NCBI GenBank assembly: GCA_032718475.1
Contig: JAUCBJ010005099.1
Location: 13,937-77,936 of the forward strand
DNA length: 64,000 bases
Direction of reading: 5' to 3'
Source: Nemertoderma westbladi
Lineage: Eukaryota; Animalia; Xenacoelomorpha
This document shows positions 1-10,881 of the stretch, in pieces. The position numbers and the translations under genes are program-made. A model generated the notes under the pieces. It was given only the letters and a program-made list of their open reading frames with translations. It did no database searches and was not told the origin of the DNA. The first letter of the stretch is position 1; each line of letters opens with the position of its first letter.

Positions 1-694
1 ATCCCCATCTCGGCTCTCCTTGTATCCCTTTCTCCATAATTAGGGGTGTAGTTACATAATCATTACTACTAGAGGGAATACAACAGAGTTTGTAGTTAGT
101 TGTGAGGAGACGTGAGAGTTTCGTCTGCCCTTTGGGCTCGACAACGCTCTAACCTCCTACCCATAGCCTAAGATCTAGGGTTTCTTTAATGACACGTTGC
201 TTCTTATCTAAAATTTTTTGCCGAAATAAAAACGAATTTGGGCTAAACTGGCTGTGAGTCTAAAATACTCACTTTTTGATCCCAAACTATTATCAGAAAA
301 TAAGCAATCAAGAATTAGTAATAAATATAGGGGAGTCTATTTTGACGTAACTTATTGAAACAAGACCGTGTAAAATTTAATTAAAAATTTTAAGAAAGGC
401 TCGCAAGTCTTCCTCTCTTGTTTCTCTAATTTTAAGTTCCACCCGACTGTACCCTGAAATCTATTCACTGGAGAAAATTTTAAAAAATTTTTCAAATCCA
501 AATGGATTGTCTAAAATTTCGAAAATGTCTCAATATTGTGAGTTCCAAGTAGAATTCCATTTCTTATACCTACAAATCCCGCTCCTATGTGACACATAAG
601 GGTACTACCCTCAATGTTCACATATAAAGACAATGGAATTCTACCGCTGTCCTTACTACGGTGTACAGGTACGTGGAAATCTATTTGTAAACTC

Positions 695-3600
695 CTAATT
701 ATTTACTAGTATTAGGTGGAGATTTGTAGTCTCTTCAAGAAGTACGAGACGTTGAGTCGGTCTGTCTACTGTACGACCGTCAATTGTCCGTACCGTCACA
801 GTTCTTGTCACTCCATCCATAGATGGATGTGTGGCTAAAATTACACCTGTTATCCAGAAGCGTCTTTTTAGATTCACTTCCGCTAACAGCACGTGATCTC
901 CCGGCTTTAATGCGCGGGTGTTATTGTACCAAGTTGTTCTGGCAGAAATAGAGGGCAAATAATGGTTTTGCCATATTTCCCAGAATTTGTTAGCTAGTAG
1001 TTGCGTGATTTTCCACGCTTTTCTACCGTAGCTATCGCTTTCTGTTGGAATTGAAATAGGTATTAATGTAGTCGGTGCCTGCATAAGCAGGTGTGCCGGT
1101 GTCAAAGCAAACTGAGATTGTTTGTCATCGGGTACTAATACTATTGGTCTAGTATTTAGTATTGCCTCGATTTCAACAAACAGTGTTGTCAGTTGGTCGT
1201 CTGTCAATATGTGGTTTACTGGAATGACCTTTGCCATGGCTGTCTTTATAGATCTAATCAATCTCTCCCAGACTCCGCCTCTCCAAGGACTATCTGGAGG
1301 ATTAAACTTCCAAACAATCTTGTGAGGTTGTAGTTCGTTCGAGATTTGATCATGATCTAATTTCTTAAAGGCTCTAGCAATCTCATTTCGAGCACCAACA
1401 AAGTTTGTCCCTTGGTCTGAGTACAAGCATTTCACTAGTCCGCGTCTAGCGATAAATCGCCGCAATGCTAGTATAAACGCGTTGGTGGAAAGATCCATCA
1501 CACGTTCAATATGAACTGCCCTACTGGACATACATGTGAAAATCAGTCCCCAGCGTTTTACTAGTATACGTCCACGTTTCGTATGTATGGGACCAAAGCA
1601 ATCAATTCCAGTCTCTGTAAAAGGTGGTCTGAATGCTTGAAGTCGTGCTTGTGGAAGTTCACTCATTTCTTGGGTACCTATTCTAGAATGTACCTTTTTA
1701 CAAATAATACACGTACGTGTCACTGAACTTAACGCTTTACTGGGTCTAATTAATACAAATCTTGTACGTAAGTAGGAAAGACAGTGGTGTCTTCCAGCGT
1801 GTTTCAGATGTAAATGTGCATCCAGTATCATTGCACGTTGTAGTTCGTGATGTTGCGGTATTATTATTGGGTACCTAAAGTTTGTGTTAAAGTCAATGTT
1901 TTGAAGCCGAGATTTATGACAAATTAAGCCATTATAAATAATCGGACTCCAACTCAGTATTGGTGACGACTTGATAGGTTGACCTTGATTTATGGATGTG
2001 AATTCGCGCGCGAAATATCGCAGTTGGTAATGGCGAATTAATTTAATTTCACACCTGTCAATCTCAGCCAATGTAAGTCGACGTGTAAAGTCACGTTTGC
2101 CTTTAACGTATTGTACAAAACGTACAATCCACGCTAATTTTCGGCAAGCGTTTGACCAAGAATCTGTTAGGTTTACAATACGGTCGATGTGAGTATTTGT
2201 GACGTCATCAGGTAAGTCAATGAAGATTTTGGAAGGTTTTGATTTACTAGAAGGGCCCACGGGTCCGCCGGTAGGTATTCCCTTGTTGACTGTTGATCCG
2301 TCCGGGTCTACAAGTAATTTGTCCTTCTTCGTCTTCTTACCTTGATTGTCAGTACTTTGTAAGTCGATCGTTAATGGTGGTTTGAACTCTATGGGGTCAG
2401 TGGGTTTCGGTAAACTTATTTTTCTGCCGACATTAATCCCAGGTCTCACCATAGGTTGCAAGTTCGGTATGTCTCTTGAGCGCAAAGTAACACCTGTATT
2501 TACATTAGCGTAGGTACTACCCACATCTGTAATACATGAGGTTTCACCGTGCTTATGGTTGCTCAAGTGTGTCAAAATTGGTAGTTTGTCAATACAAGGC
2601 CGCTCCAATAGGGAAACTGCGGCTTTACTGTTAGTCAATACATTACTAATGTCCGGTAGAACATTTTGTGACATGTCTGGTAAAATGTTTCGCGGAACAT
2701 CCGGCGAAATATCTAGTGACGTGTCTGGCAAAACGTCTGGTTGACCGTCTAGTAACGTGTCTGTTTGACCGTCTGGCGATATGTCTGGTGTAGAAAGGCT
2801 CGCAAGTCTTCCTCTCTTGACCTTTGAAGTTATATCCTTCCATTTCGCCTTCGGTTTCTTCTTGAGTTTCGCCGCCGTCGTCTTTTTCTTTGCCTTCCCC
2901 TTTTTTGGTTTCTTGATTTCGGCGTCCTTAGGGATAGTGTTAGACTTGTTGTCGTATAACGGAGGCCAATTTAGTGTTGGTCTTTGTAAGAATTGTGGTC
3001 CGTGCTGCCAAAATTCTTTGTTCTCCGGTTTACAGAATTCCTCAGGCATCATTCCTCGCGACGCAATATCAGCTGGGTTTTGTGGTCTGGGACAATGTCG
3101 CCAATCCTCTTTTATTGAACGGTCTAGAATTTCTGCGCGACGGTTAGCTACGAATGTCTTGAATTCAAGTGTGTCGTTGTTTATGTAAAATAAAACCAAC
3201 GTCGCGTCAGTCCAATAAAATATCTGTAAACTTGACTGTAGTTCTGTCTGTATGAGGTTCACGATGGTGGTTGACAGTGTTGCGGCTTGTAGCTCAGCTC
3301 GTGGTGTCGTCATATACTTAGTAGGCATTGTTTTTGCCTTAGAAGTAATGAGCGAAACATCGAATTCTTCTGAGTCTACTTGTCTGCGCAAGTACGCTGC
3401 CACACCAAAGCCGTTGTCACTGGCGTCAGAAAAACAGTGTAATTCCAAGTTGTCAGGAAATGTAGTTTGTAATGGAAAGTAGACTCTGGGTATGGAATAA
3501 TCCTCTAGCGAAGATAATTCCGTCTCCCAGGTCTTCCATAAGTCCACTTGGTCTGATGAGATCGGCTCGTCCCATGTCAGTCCATCCTTCCAAATACTGC

Positions 3601-6600
3601 GCATATAAATGCGGGCTTGCAGTATAATTGGACTGATGAATCCTAATGGATCGAACAATCGGCTCAATTTTGACAAGCATGATCTCTTTGTCAGTGTGTT
3701 TTCTTGACTGTCCAGTCTCACTTTCACTCGAAAGTTGTCCGTGTTTGGGTCCCAAAAGAGCCCCAACACCTTGGTCGTCGGTAGTGGTTCGAACTCTAGG
3801 TCTATGTCACCACCTCCACGCTCAGTCGTTCCGAATGAGTCTACTAATTCGGCACTGTTTGAGGCGAATTTGGTGAGGTTAAAACCTCCGCCCGCTAAGC
3901 AGTCCCGTAATTGATGTGCTACTATTGTAGCACGTTCTACTGTGTCGCAACTCTGTAATCCGTCGTCGACGTAAAAGTCACGTTCCACAATCCTAATTAT
4001 CTCTGGGTCATACAGGTGTTTCTGATCCCTAGCGGCTTGTTTTAGGGCGTACATCGTGCAGTTTGGGCTGTCCCTGGCACCGAAAACGCGAACTTGCATT
4101 TGGTAAGTCGCCGGTGGTAGACTTAAGTCTCCTTCCGGATACCAGAGGAACCTCAAACTGTCTCTGTCTCGCTCTAACGCTCTCACTTGGTGAAACATCG
4201 CTTCAACGTCGCAAGTAAAAGCTACTTGACGCTGACGGAAGCGCATAATCACCCCCATAAGATAATTATTCATGTTTGGTCCATCCATCAACTCGCTATT
4301 GAGGGACATTCCCTCAAACAGAGCCGCACAGTCATTGACTACGCGTACTTTGTCTGGTTTGTCGGGGTGTCTCACGTAGTGATGTGGCAAGTAGTACGTC
4401 TGGTCGGTCACTATCTCTGGGTTAGTCATCCGGATAGCGTATCCCTTGGTCAAATACGTCTCCATCTGAGTGTTGTACTGCAGATGGGCTTTCTCGTCCT
4501 TTAATAAACGTTGCCGTATTGAGTGTAGACGTCTTAGAGCCAGTGGATAGTTATTTATGAGTTTAGGACTTTGGCTACGCCATAACATCCCTACCTCATA
4601 ATGTCCGTCCTCCGTCTGTCGGATAGTATCTTCCATGATCTTCAGAGATTGTTTCTCCTGTTCCGACATACAAGGTTCGTAGCTACCAGGTTCAGCTGTA
4701 TCTTGTTCTAACCACCTGATAGTCTTCACCGTTAATTCTTTGTCCAATACAGCTTGTTCCAATTGATGATTTCTCAACGCGTCATTATCGATCTCGACGG
4801 GTATTGTTGAGGTTATTGGGGTAGGTAGACTCGCAAGCCTTCCAGCGTTATCATCTGTCGTCGATGGAATCTCTAGCTGACTCGTCTTCTCCCCAAGTTC
4901 TAAACTCACCTGGTGGGTTAGCTGCTCCTTGTGACTTATCATACTAGTCACACGTCTGTCATGTTTTGTCGACTGTAGTGTAGTATGGTTCACATCGTGT
5001 GAGAAGGAATGAATTGAATTTGTAGTTAATAAACTACATGTACTTTGTACATCGTCTTCCTCGTCACTTACGTCTAGTGTGCGCACAGGCGCTCGAGTAT
5101 ACCACCCTATCGGCGTTCTGCAGGCGTATGCGTTTCCCGCTACGACTGCCGATGGTCTGGTTTCCCACACTTGGTGTAGGTTGAATTGGTCTGTCCCGAT
5201 CAGCATGGCTACCGATCTATAATTGACAGGACATTCGGGTACACCAAGGTGTCTGAAATACTTACGGTCCTCCAAGGATTGTTCTGGGACCGGACCTAGT
5301 AGGTTACTAAAGTCTTTTGTGGCCGCAAAAGTCAGATCCTTGAAGGGTAACAAAGACCTCTCCCTCTCGCTGTGTTGCGATTTCGGAAGAAGAGAGTCTA
5401 AGTTTAACTTGACTCGTGTCACTGGTATTGCACGCTGTCCGTGCATACTACTTACGGTATAACTGACGCGCTTACCTTGTCTGAGATCCGTCACGACGTC
5501 AGCTATCTTTTCATCCACGTAACTGTGAGATGAGGCTGAATCTAGAATCGCGTAGATTCTCTTACTCCCCTTTGTGCCAGTAATCTTAATCGGAATTACA
5601 CTGAATCCCTTCAGTTGGTCAGTAGTCAGAAGCGCGATCGATGGCTGTTCATCTCCATCCGAATATACGTCGTCGTCTTCTGACTCTTCGTCCGACGATC
5701 CGGATTGTTCTGAGAAGCAATCCTCAATATGGGTCACGAAGGTTGGAGTCGTTTTCGATTCTCGTTTTCTGTAGGCCGCATCACATCTCGCTGCTGCTTC
5801 CGGGTGTTCCCTGGCGAAGCGTTTTGTCGGCGTGTGGCTGTCTGTGTGGAGCAGACCGTCGTGGTTGCGTCCACAGGATGGACAAGTGTCGGTATTTGGG
5901 CAATCTTTACGGATATGTCCGTGTCGCGTACACCGCCAACAAGAGTCCAATGGCCGTATCTGCAGCCGTCTTTCTTCCGAGCTCAACTCGCGAAACTGTC
6001 GACAACCTCGCAACTTGTGACCGATATACCGCTTGCCTAAATGCTCGCAGTATTGGCAGCCGCTGAAGTCGGTACTGAGTTGTTGTCTCGTCTGTTTTGT
6101 CCCAATGGGCGCAGATACCCTACTACCGTCCGAGAATTGTCGGGTTTCCGTCGGTGTGGCGTAAGTGGCCGTCTTAGTGGATGTTGTCTGGGGTTTTTGT
6201 CGGTTGGAGGATGGCAATGTGATTCCTTCTGCCACGATGTGCTGGTCAGTGTAGTTAGATCGAGTTTCTACTACTGCCTCCCTGGATATCAAAAGGTACA
6301 CATCTTCTAATTTTAAGAATCCACCCCGCTCTTCCCGCTGGTATTCGACCTTTCTCCACTCCCGACGAAGTCGATGGTGGAGTCGTCCTATGATCTTTAA
6401 TAGGACTGTAGGGGTATTCCCGTAGTCAAGTTGTCCAATGGATCTTAAAGTAGTGATAGCGTTCTTTATCTCGTCGGCCAGTTTTAATAAGTCGACGGGT
6501 TTAGTGATAGCCCCTCCCTTACAGAGTTCCTCTATTACTGACCTGGCCATACTGACTGTACCTCCATATATCGAAGTTAAACGATCGTACGCTAGTTCGA

Positions 6601-8833
6601 AGGCGTCCGGTACACCAACGAAGGTCTCTGCCAAACGTTTAGGTTCTCCTGACAACGTTTGAAGCAGGTAATTAAACTTCTCCCGTGATGTAAAGGCGCA
6701 CACGGCGATCTGGGATTCGATATAGTCTACGAAAGTATGCCAGTGTTTTGAGCTACCAGAAAATTTCGGTGGTTGTTGTACCGGCAATCCCTGTCTGGCT
6801 GCGAATTTCGCTATCTCCTCGGCAACGTTCAGAGTTTCGCGTCCTTGGTTGGTAATTTGGTTGATATCCCTTCTTGGCGCTTTTCCCTGATACGATGGGT
6901 GTTTTGAAGGTACCGGTCTTTGTGGTTCCTTCGGGTGTCTATTGTGTTCGAATTCAGTGTTCCTCGAACTATCGGTTTGAACTTCCTCCAGACGCTCCTC
7001 GATCTGAGCCAACTTGTTAACAACTGGTCGCATGATGTCGGCGAACTGTTGTGTACTGATTGCGTCCGTTGGTTGTAACGCCTTCTGTGTTGGTGTATTC
7101 TGTGGAGGATTGTCTACAAAGGAGTTGTCTGAACGCTCGCGTTTATATTCATCGGCTAATAAACTACTACGATCCGTAATCGGCGGGTTACTTACCTTGA
7201 CTTTCGGAATAGGCGACGACGTTGCTCTTGGCGGTGTAAACTTGTCCGGAATAACAAACCTGTGTTCCGTCGCACCATGGATAGGAGAAATATTACTACT
7301 ACCAGCAATCGAAACAGGTTCCTTAGTCGTAACCGGTGCAAACATAGGAGTTACCTGGGGGAATCTTTGACATAAGTCTTTAACTAATTGTCTTTCTCGC
7401 CCAGGTGCCCCTACACTTCCTTCCTTCATTCGTTCCTGAATTTGACGGTGCCTTACCTCTAACTGGTCCAAATCATGTCCGTCACGAGATCTCATCGATC
7501 GATCGCGGGCTTGTAGATCCAGATCTTCCTTCGCGTTGGCTAATTCTCTCACCTTCTTCCCGAGTTCGAAATGAAGTTTAACTTCCTTCTCGCGTTGTTC
7601 CGTCTGTTGTTGTTGCGCCTCGAACTCCGCTTGTCGTATAGCTGATTGAGCCTTTATTTGCCGTTTTTTCATCTCGGCTCTCGCTTCTGAAACTAACCTT
7701 TGTCGTTCTAGCTCGGCCGCTGCTGCTGCCGCCGCTGCTTGTCGCTCTGACTCAGCCGCTGCCGCTTGTCGCTCTAACTCAGCCGCTGCCACTTGTCGCT
7801 CTAACTCAGCCGCTGCCGCTGCCGCCATTTGTTGTGCAATGTCCAACTCTAACCTTTCCATCTCGGCTGCTTCCAACTCGGCTTGTTCTTGCAGATGAGA
7901 GATTCTTGCAACATTCACAACCCGTAGTTTCTCTTCTTGTACTGCTGCTTGTGCCATTAGCAGTTGAGTTTGTTCCTCCATCTCCTGTTGTTGTCTGTAG
8001 AGTTGCTGTTGTCGAGCAGTTTCTGACGTAGCCATACTCACCTCGCCAATTTCGCTGCGAATACTCACCAGTGATTGATCTAGTGTCCCCAGTGCCAGTT
8101 CGATTTGTGCGAGTGAAGTTTCCCTCGTAGCCTCCGGCACGGTTTCCCAATCTCCGACGTCCTCACCGCACATGCGTAAGTGATCCGTCAGGTGTTTCAA
8201 TTGTCCATCCAGTCGGTACAGTTCCTGTTCTTCCTCGGGCTGCAATAATTCGTCCGAAACTGACTCACCTAACAACTGGTCCGCTTGTTCCTGTTGTATC
8301 TGCCTAATCGTCGACTTAAACTGAATCAGTTTCTCTCTAGTGATCATTAGTTTCTCGAGGATTCTAAGCTGAGTGTCCATATCCTGTCTCTGTCTAGCTA
8401 GATCTTGTAGACCAATTAGGTTATCTACGGACTTATATACTTTACTCTGTACTCTCACCTGTAGAGTGTAGAACTCAAACCGAGACATCGGAGCGGTCAA
8501 CTCGTCTAATATGCGTTGGCCTTCTCCAATACTCCTGGTAATATGCGCCATGTAACCTCCGACGCTTCTAACCACACTCTCCTGGCTTCCTACTGAACTT
8601 ACCATCTCCGTTTCCCTGTATCTAGGTTGCGGAACAGTTAGAAAGTCCTCGGTCCTGCCGTCGCCTCGTACTACGGCATCCGGTACTCCCGTTGGATGTA
8701 CTGGTGACGCACACGGTGTAGGTTCGGTAGGCTCGCGAGTCTTCCCCTGTTGTCCTTCCGCTGCTGACTTATCCGCGTCACATGAGTCATAGTCGGTAGG
8801 TGTATTCTTTGTATAGTCTTGTTTGTCACTCAT
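695..8833 (-). CDS. BEL/Pao LTR retrotransposon Gag-Pol polyprotein, 2712 aa, apparently intact (element 1)
   Basis: Single ORF. Coiled-coil N-terminus, Gag core (PPKFSGSSKHW...KFNYL), three Cys-His boxes (CQYC...HKLRGC, CWRCTRHGHIRKDC, CPSCGRNHDGLLH), protease AILDSAS, RT (YYLPHH, DVEAMFHQV, FYVDD), Pao-type RNase H (HCFSDAS, WTDA, NPADIASRG), integrase (H-H-CIIC, GIDCFGP, SDQGTNF, GGVWERLIRS). Confidence 0.97.
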   Translation of the reverse strand: MSDKQDYTKNTPTDYDSCDADKSAAEGQQGKTREPTEPTPCASPVHPTGVPDAVVRGDGRTEDFLTVPQPRYRETEMVSSVGSQESVVRSVGGYMAHITRSIGEGQRILDELTAPMSRFEFYTLQVRVQSKVYKSVDNLIGLQDLARQRQDMDTQLRILEKLMITREKLIQFKSTIRQIQQEQADQLLGESVSDELLQPEEEQELYRLDGQLKHLTDHLRMCGEDVGDWETVPEATRETSLAQIELALGTLDQSLVSIRSEIGEVSMATSETARQQQLYRQQQEMEEQTQLLMAQAAVQEEKLRVVNVARISHLQEQAELEAAEMERLELDIAQQMAAAAAAELERQVAAAELERQAAAAESERQAAAAAAAAELERQRLVSEARAEMKKRQIKAQSAIRQAEFEAQQQQTEQREKEVKLHFELGKKVRELANAKEDLDLQARDRSMRSRDGHDLDQLEVRHRQIQERMKEGSVGAPGRERQLVKDLCQRFPQVTPMFAPVTTKEPVSIAGSSNISPIHGATEHRFVIPDKFTPPRATSSPIPKVKVSNPPITDRSSLLADEYKRERSDNSFVDNPPQNTPTQKALQPTDAISTQQFADIMRPVVNKLAQIEERLEEVQTDSSRNTEFEHNRHPKEPQRPVPSKHPSYQGKAPRRDINQITNQGRETLNVAEEIAKFAARQGLPVQQPPKFSGSSKHWHTFVDYIESQIAVCAFTSREKFNYLLQTLSGEPKRLAETFVGVPDAFELAYDRLTSIYGGTVSMARSVIEELCKGGAITKPVDLLKLADEIKNAITTLRSIGQLDYGNTPTVLLKIIGRLHHRLRREWRKVEYQREERGGFLKLEDVYLLISREAVVETRSNYTDQHIVAEGITLPSSNRQKPQTTSTKTATYATPTETRQFSDGSRVSAPIGTKQTRQQLSTDFSGCQYCEHLGKRYIGHKLRGCRQFRELSSEERRLQIRPLDSCWRCTRHGHIRKDCPNTDTCPSCGRNHDGLLHTDSHTPTKRFAREHPEAAARCDAAYRKRESKTTPTFVTHIEDCFSEQSGSSDEESEDDDVYSDGDEQPSIALLTTDQLKGFSVIPIKITGTKGSKRIYAILDSASSHSYVDEKIADVVTDLRQGKRVSYTVSSMHGQRAIPVTRVKLNLDSLLPKSQHSERERSLLPFKDLTFAATKDFSNLLGPVPEQSLEDRKYFRHLGVPECPVNYRSVAMLIGTDQFNLHQVWETRPSAVVAGNAYACRTPIGWYTRAPVRTLDVSDEEDDVQSTCSLLTTNSIHSFSHDVNHTTLQSTKHDRRVTSMISHKEQLTHQVSLELGEKTSQLEIPSTTDDNAGRLASLPTPITSTIPVEIDNDALRNHQLEQAVLDKELTVKTIRWLEQDTAEPGSYEPCMSEQEKQSLKIMEDTIRQTEDGHYEVGMLWRSQSPKLINNYPLALRRLHSIRQRLLKDEKAHLQYNTQMETYLTKGYAIRMTNPEIVTDQTYYLPHHYVRHPDKPDKVRVVNDCAALFEGMSLNSELMDGPNMNNYLMGVIMRFRQRQVAFTCDVEAMFHQVRALERDRDSLRFLWYPEGDLSLPPATYQMQVRVFGARDSPNCTMYALKQAARDQKHLYDPEIIRIVERDFYVDDGLQSCDTVERATIVAHQLRDCLAGGGFNLTKFASNSAELVDSFGTTERGGGDIDLEFEPLPTTKVLGLFWDPNTDNFRVKVRLDSQENTLTKRSCLSKLSRLFDPLGFISPIILQARIYMRSIWKDGLTWDEPISSDQVDLWKTWETELSSLEDYSIPRVYFPLQTTFPDNLELHCFSDASDNGFGVAAYLRRQVDSEEFDVSLITSKAKTMPTKYMTTPRAELQAATLSTTIVNLIQTELQSSLQIFYWTDATLVLFYINNDTLEFKTFVANRRAEILDRSIKEDWRHCPRPQNPADIASRGMMPEEFCKPENKEFWQHGPQFLQRPTLNWPPLYDNKSNTIPKDAEIKKPKKGKAKKKTTAAKLKKKPKAKWKDITSKVKRGRLASLSTPDISPDGQTDTLLDGQPDVLPDTSLDISPDVPRNILPDMSQNVLPDISNVLTNSKAAVSLLERPCIDKLPILTHLSNHKHGETSCITDVGSTYANVNTGVTLRSRDIPNLQPMVRPGINVGRKISLPKPTDPIEFKPPLTIDLQSTDNQGKKTKKDKLLVDPDGSTVNKGIPTGGPVGPSSKSKPSKIFIDLPDDVTNTHIDRIVNLTDSWSNACRKLAWIVRFVQYVKGKRDFTRRLTLAEIDRCEIKLIRHYQLRYFAREFTSINQGQPIKSSPILSWSPIIYNGLICHKSRLQNIDFNTNFRYPIIIPQHHELQRAMILDAHLHLKHAGRHHCLSYLRTRFVLIRPSKALSSVTRTCIICKKVHSRIGTQEMSELPQARLQAFRPPFTETGIDCFGPIHTKRGRILVKRWGLIFTCMSSRAVHIERVMDLSTNAFILALRRFIARRGLVKCLYSDQGTNFVGARNEIARAFKKLDHDQISNELQPHKIVWKFNPPDSPWRGGVWERLIRSIKTAMAKVIPVNHILTDDQLTTLFVEIEAILNTRPIVLVPDDKQSQFALTPAHLLMQAPTTLIPISIPTESDSYGRKAWKITQLLANKFWEIWQNHYLPSISARTTWYNNTRALKPGDHVLLAEVNLKRRFWITGVILATHPSMDGVTRTVTVRTIDGRTVDRPTQRLVLLEETTNLHLILVNN

Positions 8834-10881
8834 TTTGGTAGTTGTAAGTCAAGTAAAGTGAGTGTCAAAGTATCAAACTTACCGTATTTGTATAAAACGG
8901 TACTAATTACAGTCATATAAAATTAGCCTACCGGCCGATTTTATAGCAGATGGATAAAATTAGCCTAAACGGCCAATTTTACAGCAAATAAATGTCACGG
9001 TATAAGTATATAATAAAATTAGCCTAGCGGCCAATTTTATAACAAATAAATCGGATAACGATATGCGTTATCAAAAGGTAAATTAAATACAATAATACGG
9101 ACTAATTCAGCAATAAACAAAGAAATCATACGGAATGCATAAATACTTGAGACAGTGGAACCCACAATAAATTTTAACTAATACGGTAATGCCTAACTTA
9201 TTTATGCAACTTTTCGAACTCACCCACTCCAATAATTCTCCAGAAAAACAGATTCCCAGATACAAACCGGACGTGAACCTTTCCGTTTTCAGCGTTGCGG
9301 ACGAAACGCGATTTTCCCAACCAAAGTTGTTGAGTTATCTATATCCCAAACTTGCTAAACACGGTCTTGCTCCCGTTACAGTCTAGAAATGAGTTCTGAA
9401 TCCTGAAAAACAAAAGAGTTAGGTTTTACTTTACGAAAAATTTTGTACCGGTACAATATGGTATTTAAACCCTTTTAAACACCGGTATTCAATTCCAAAA
9501 ATATTTTACACGCGGTTCAAATCAAATTTTATTTCAAAAATTAGCACTTAGCTAATCAAATACAAATTTTTACCTCAAAATACAAAATTTTCAAATAACT
9601 TTAGTCCTACCGAACCGTAGTTCAGTAAAACACATTCCTACTATTCGAAGAGACAGTAACAATACCTGCAATATCCTACTGTAAAGTTTGTGAATCAAAT
9701 CATAAATCCGACCTTCTCACCAAAACAGTAAACTCTAAGTAAGCGAATATATTGCAGTATCGATCTCTTATAACCGGTGAGGCAGAAAACAGTCTATGAG
9801 CAGACAAACTTCGATAAAACAAAATCCCGCGCAGCGAATCCTAAAATCAGGCTGACTCACTGACGGACTAAGAGGCTGGTATACTTTGCCGCGGTGTGAT
9901 TTATATGGTTGGGCAAAGAGACGCTAGCTAGGTACAGAGGCAGATATTTGGAGATGTCTAACTAGCGGGCAAAACACAGTAAGGACGAAAGTTAATTTTA
10001 TATATTTTGAGGTGTAAATAATTTCTAACGCGCGCGTGTGTTAATTCTGAACAGTCAAAGCAGTTTTGCTCCTTCACATATATAATTACTGGGTACGGTG
10101 TGCATTTTACAAATATTCTAATTTTGTAACTTGTAGGTCCAATACTCACGAATGATAAGGTTCCTTCCCCTCTTGCGTATTTCCAGGACTCAAATTCAGG
10201 CATAAGGTTAATGCTACGCCCAGAATTCGGCAATTTTAATTTACCAGGTCCCTAATACTAAGAAGAAATGTGTTAGTTTACTACTGTAGGCGTACAGTTA
10301 CTAATAGCTATCCTGGCTCTTATCTAGAATTTTAGTCACCCAGGTAGTCCGGGTAACTTCCTATTAGGGCGTTGGCGGGGACACGGTAGATGTTAGTATC
10401 CCTAATAGCCTCAATTTATTTGCGCCTAGTTGTAAACTGCCCTACCGCCTGAACGGTACAATCCCAATTCAGGTGAAACACAGCAACCCTCCTAGCCTAC
10501 AAGTTCTAATGCAATGGACACTTGTACTGCAAATAGTCGCAAACGCACCTGTACTTAGCAAGAGTTAGGCGTACAGTTTGCTGCACCCTACCAATGTGTA
10601 TGCTGCGTACCGGTGTGCCTACGTCCTATCTGCGTACTAGTATCTGCCTGCGCTCTCCCCCCCCCCGTAGGAATGTGAAGGTCTACTGTGGTTTTTTCCT
10701 GAATCAAGACAGTACAGTCCCTAAGATGTAATTTTAGGCTCACAGCGTGTCACTACTTCTACCTTTTGATCTTTGGTCTTACTCTTAAGTAGCGAGGCGT
10801 CGAACGCTGTCTAACCTTTCAGGCGATGGGCGAATAACTCAAGATGGTATTGCGGGTTGTCTCTTATCTACATTCCCGTGA

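Noticed and set aside
1122-8150. Many short ORFs overlapping the element 1 polyprotein, and likewise those over Gemin8 and the element 2 and 3 Gags
   Set aside because: Antisense or alternate-frame shadows of long coding sequence with no recognisable motifs.
10653-10668. G-rich polypurine run on the minus strand as the PPT of another LTR
   Set aside because: Not followed by TG or by any sequence repeated elsewhere in the window.
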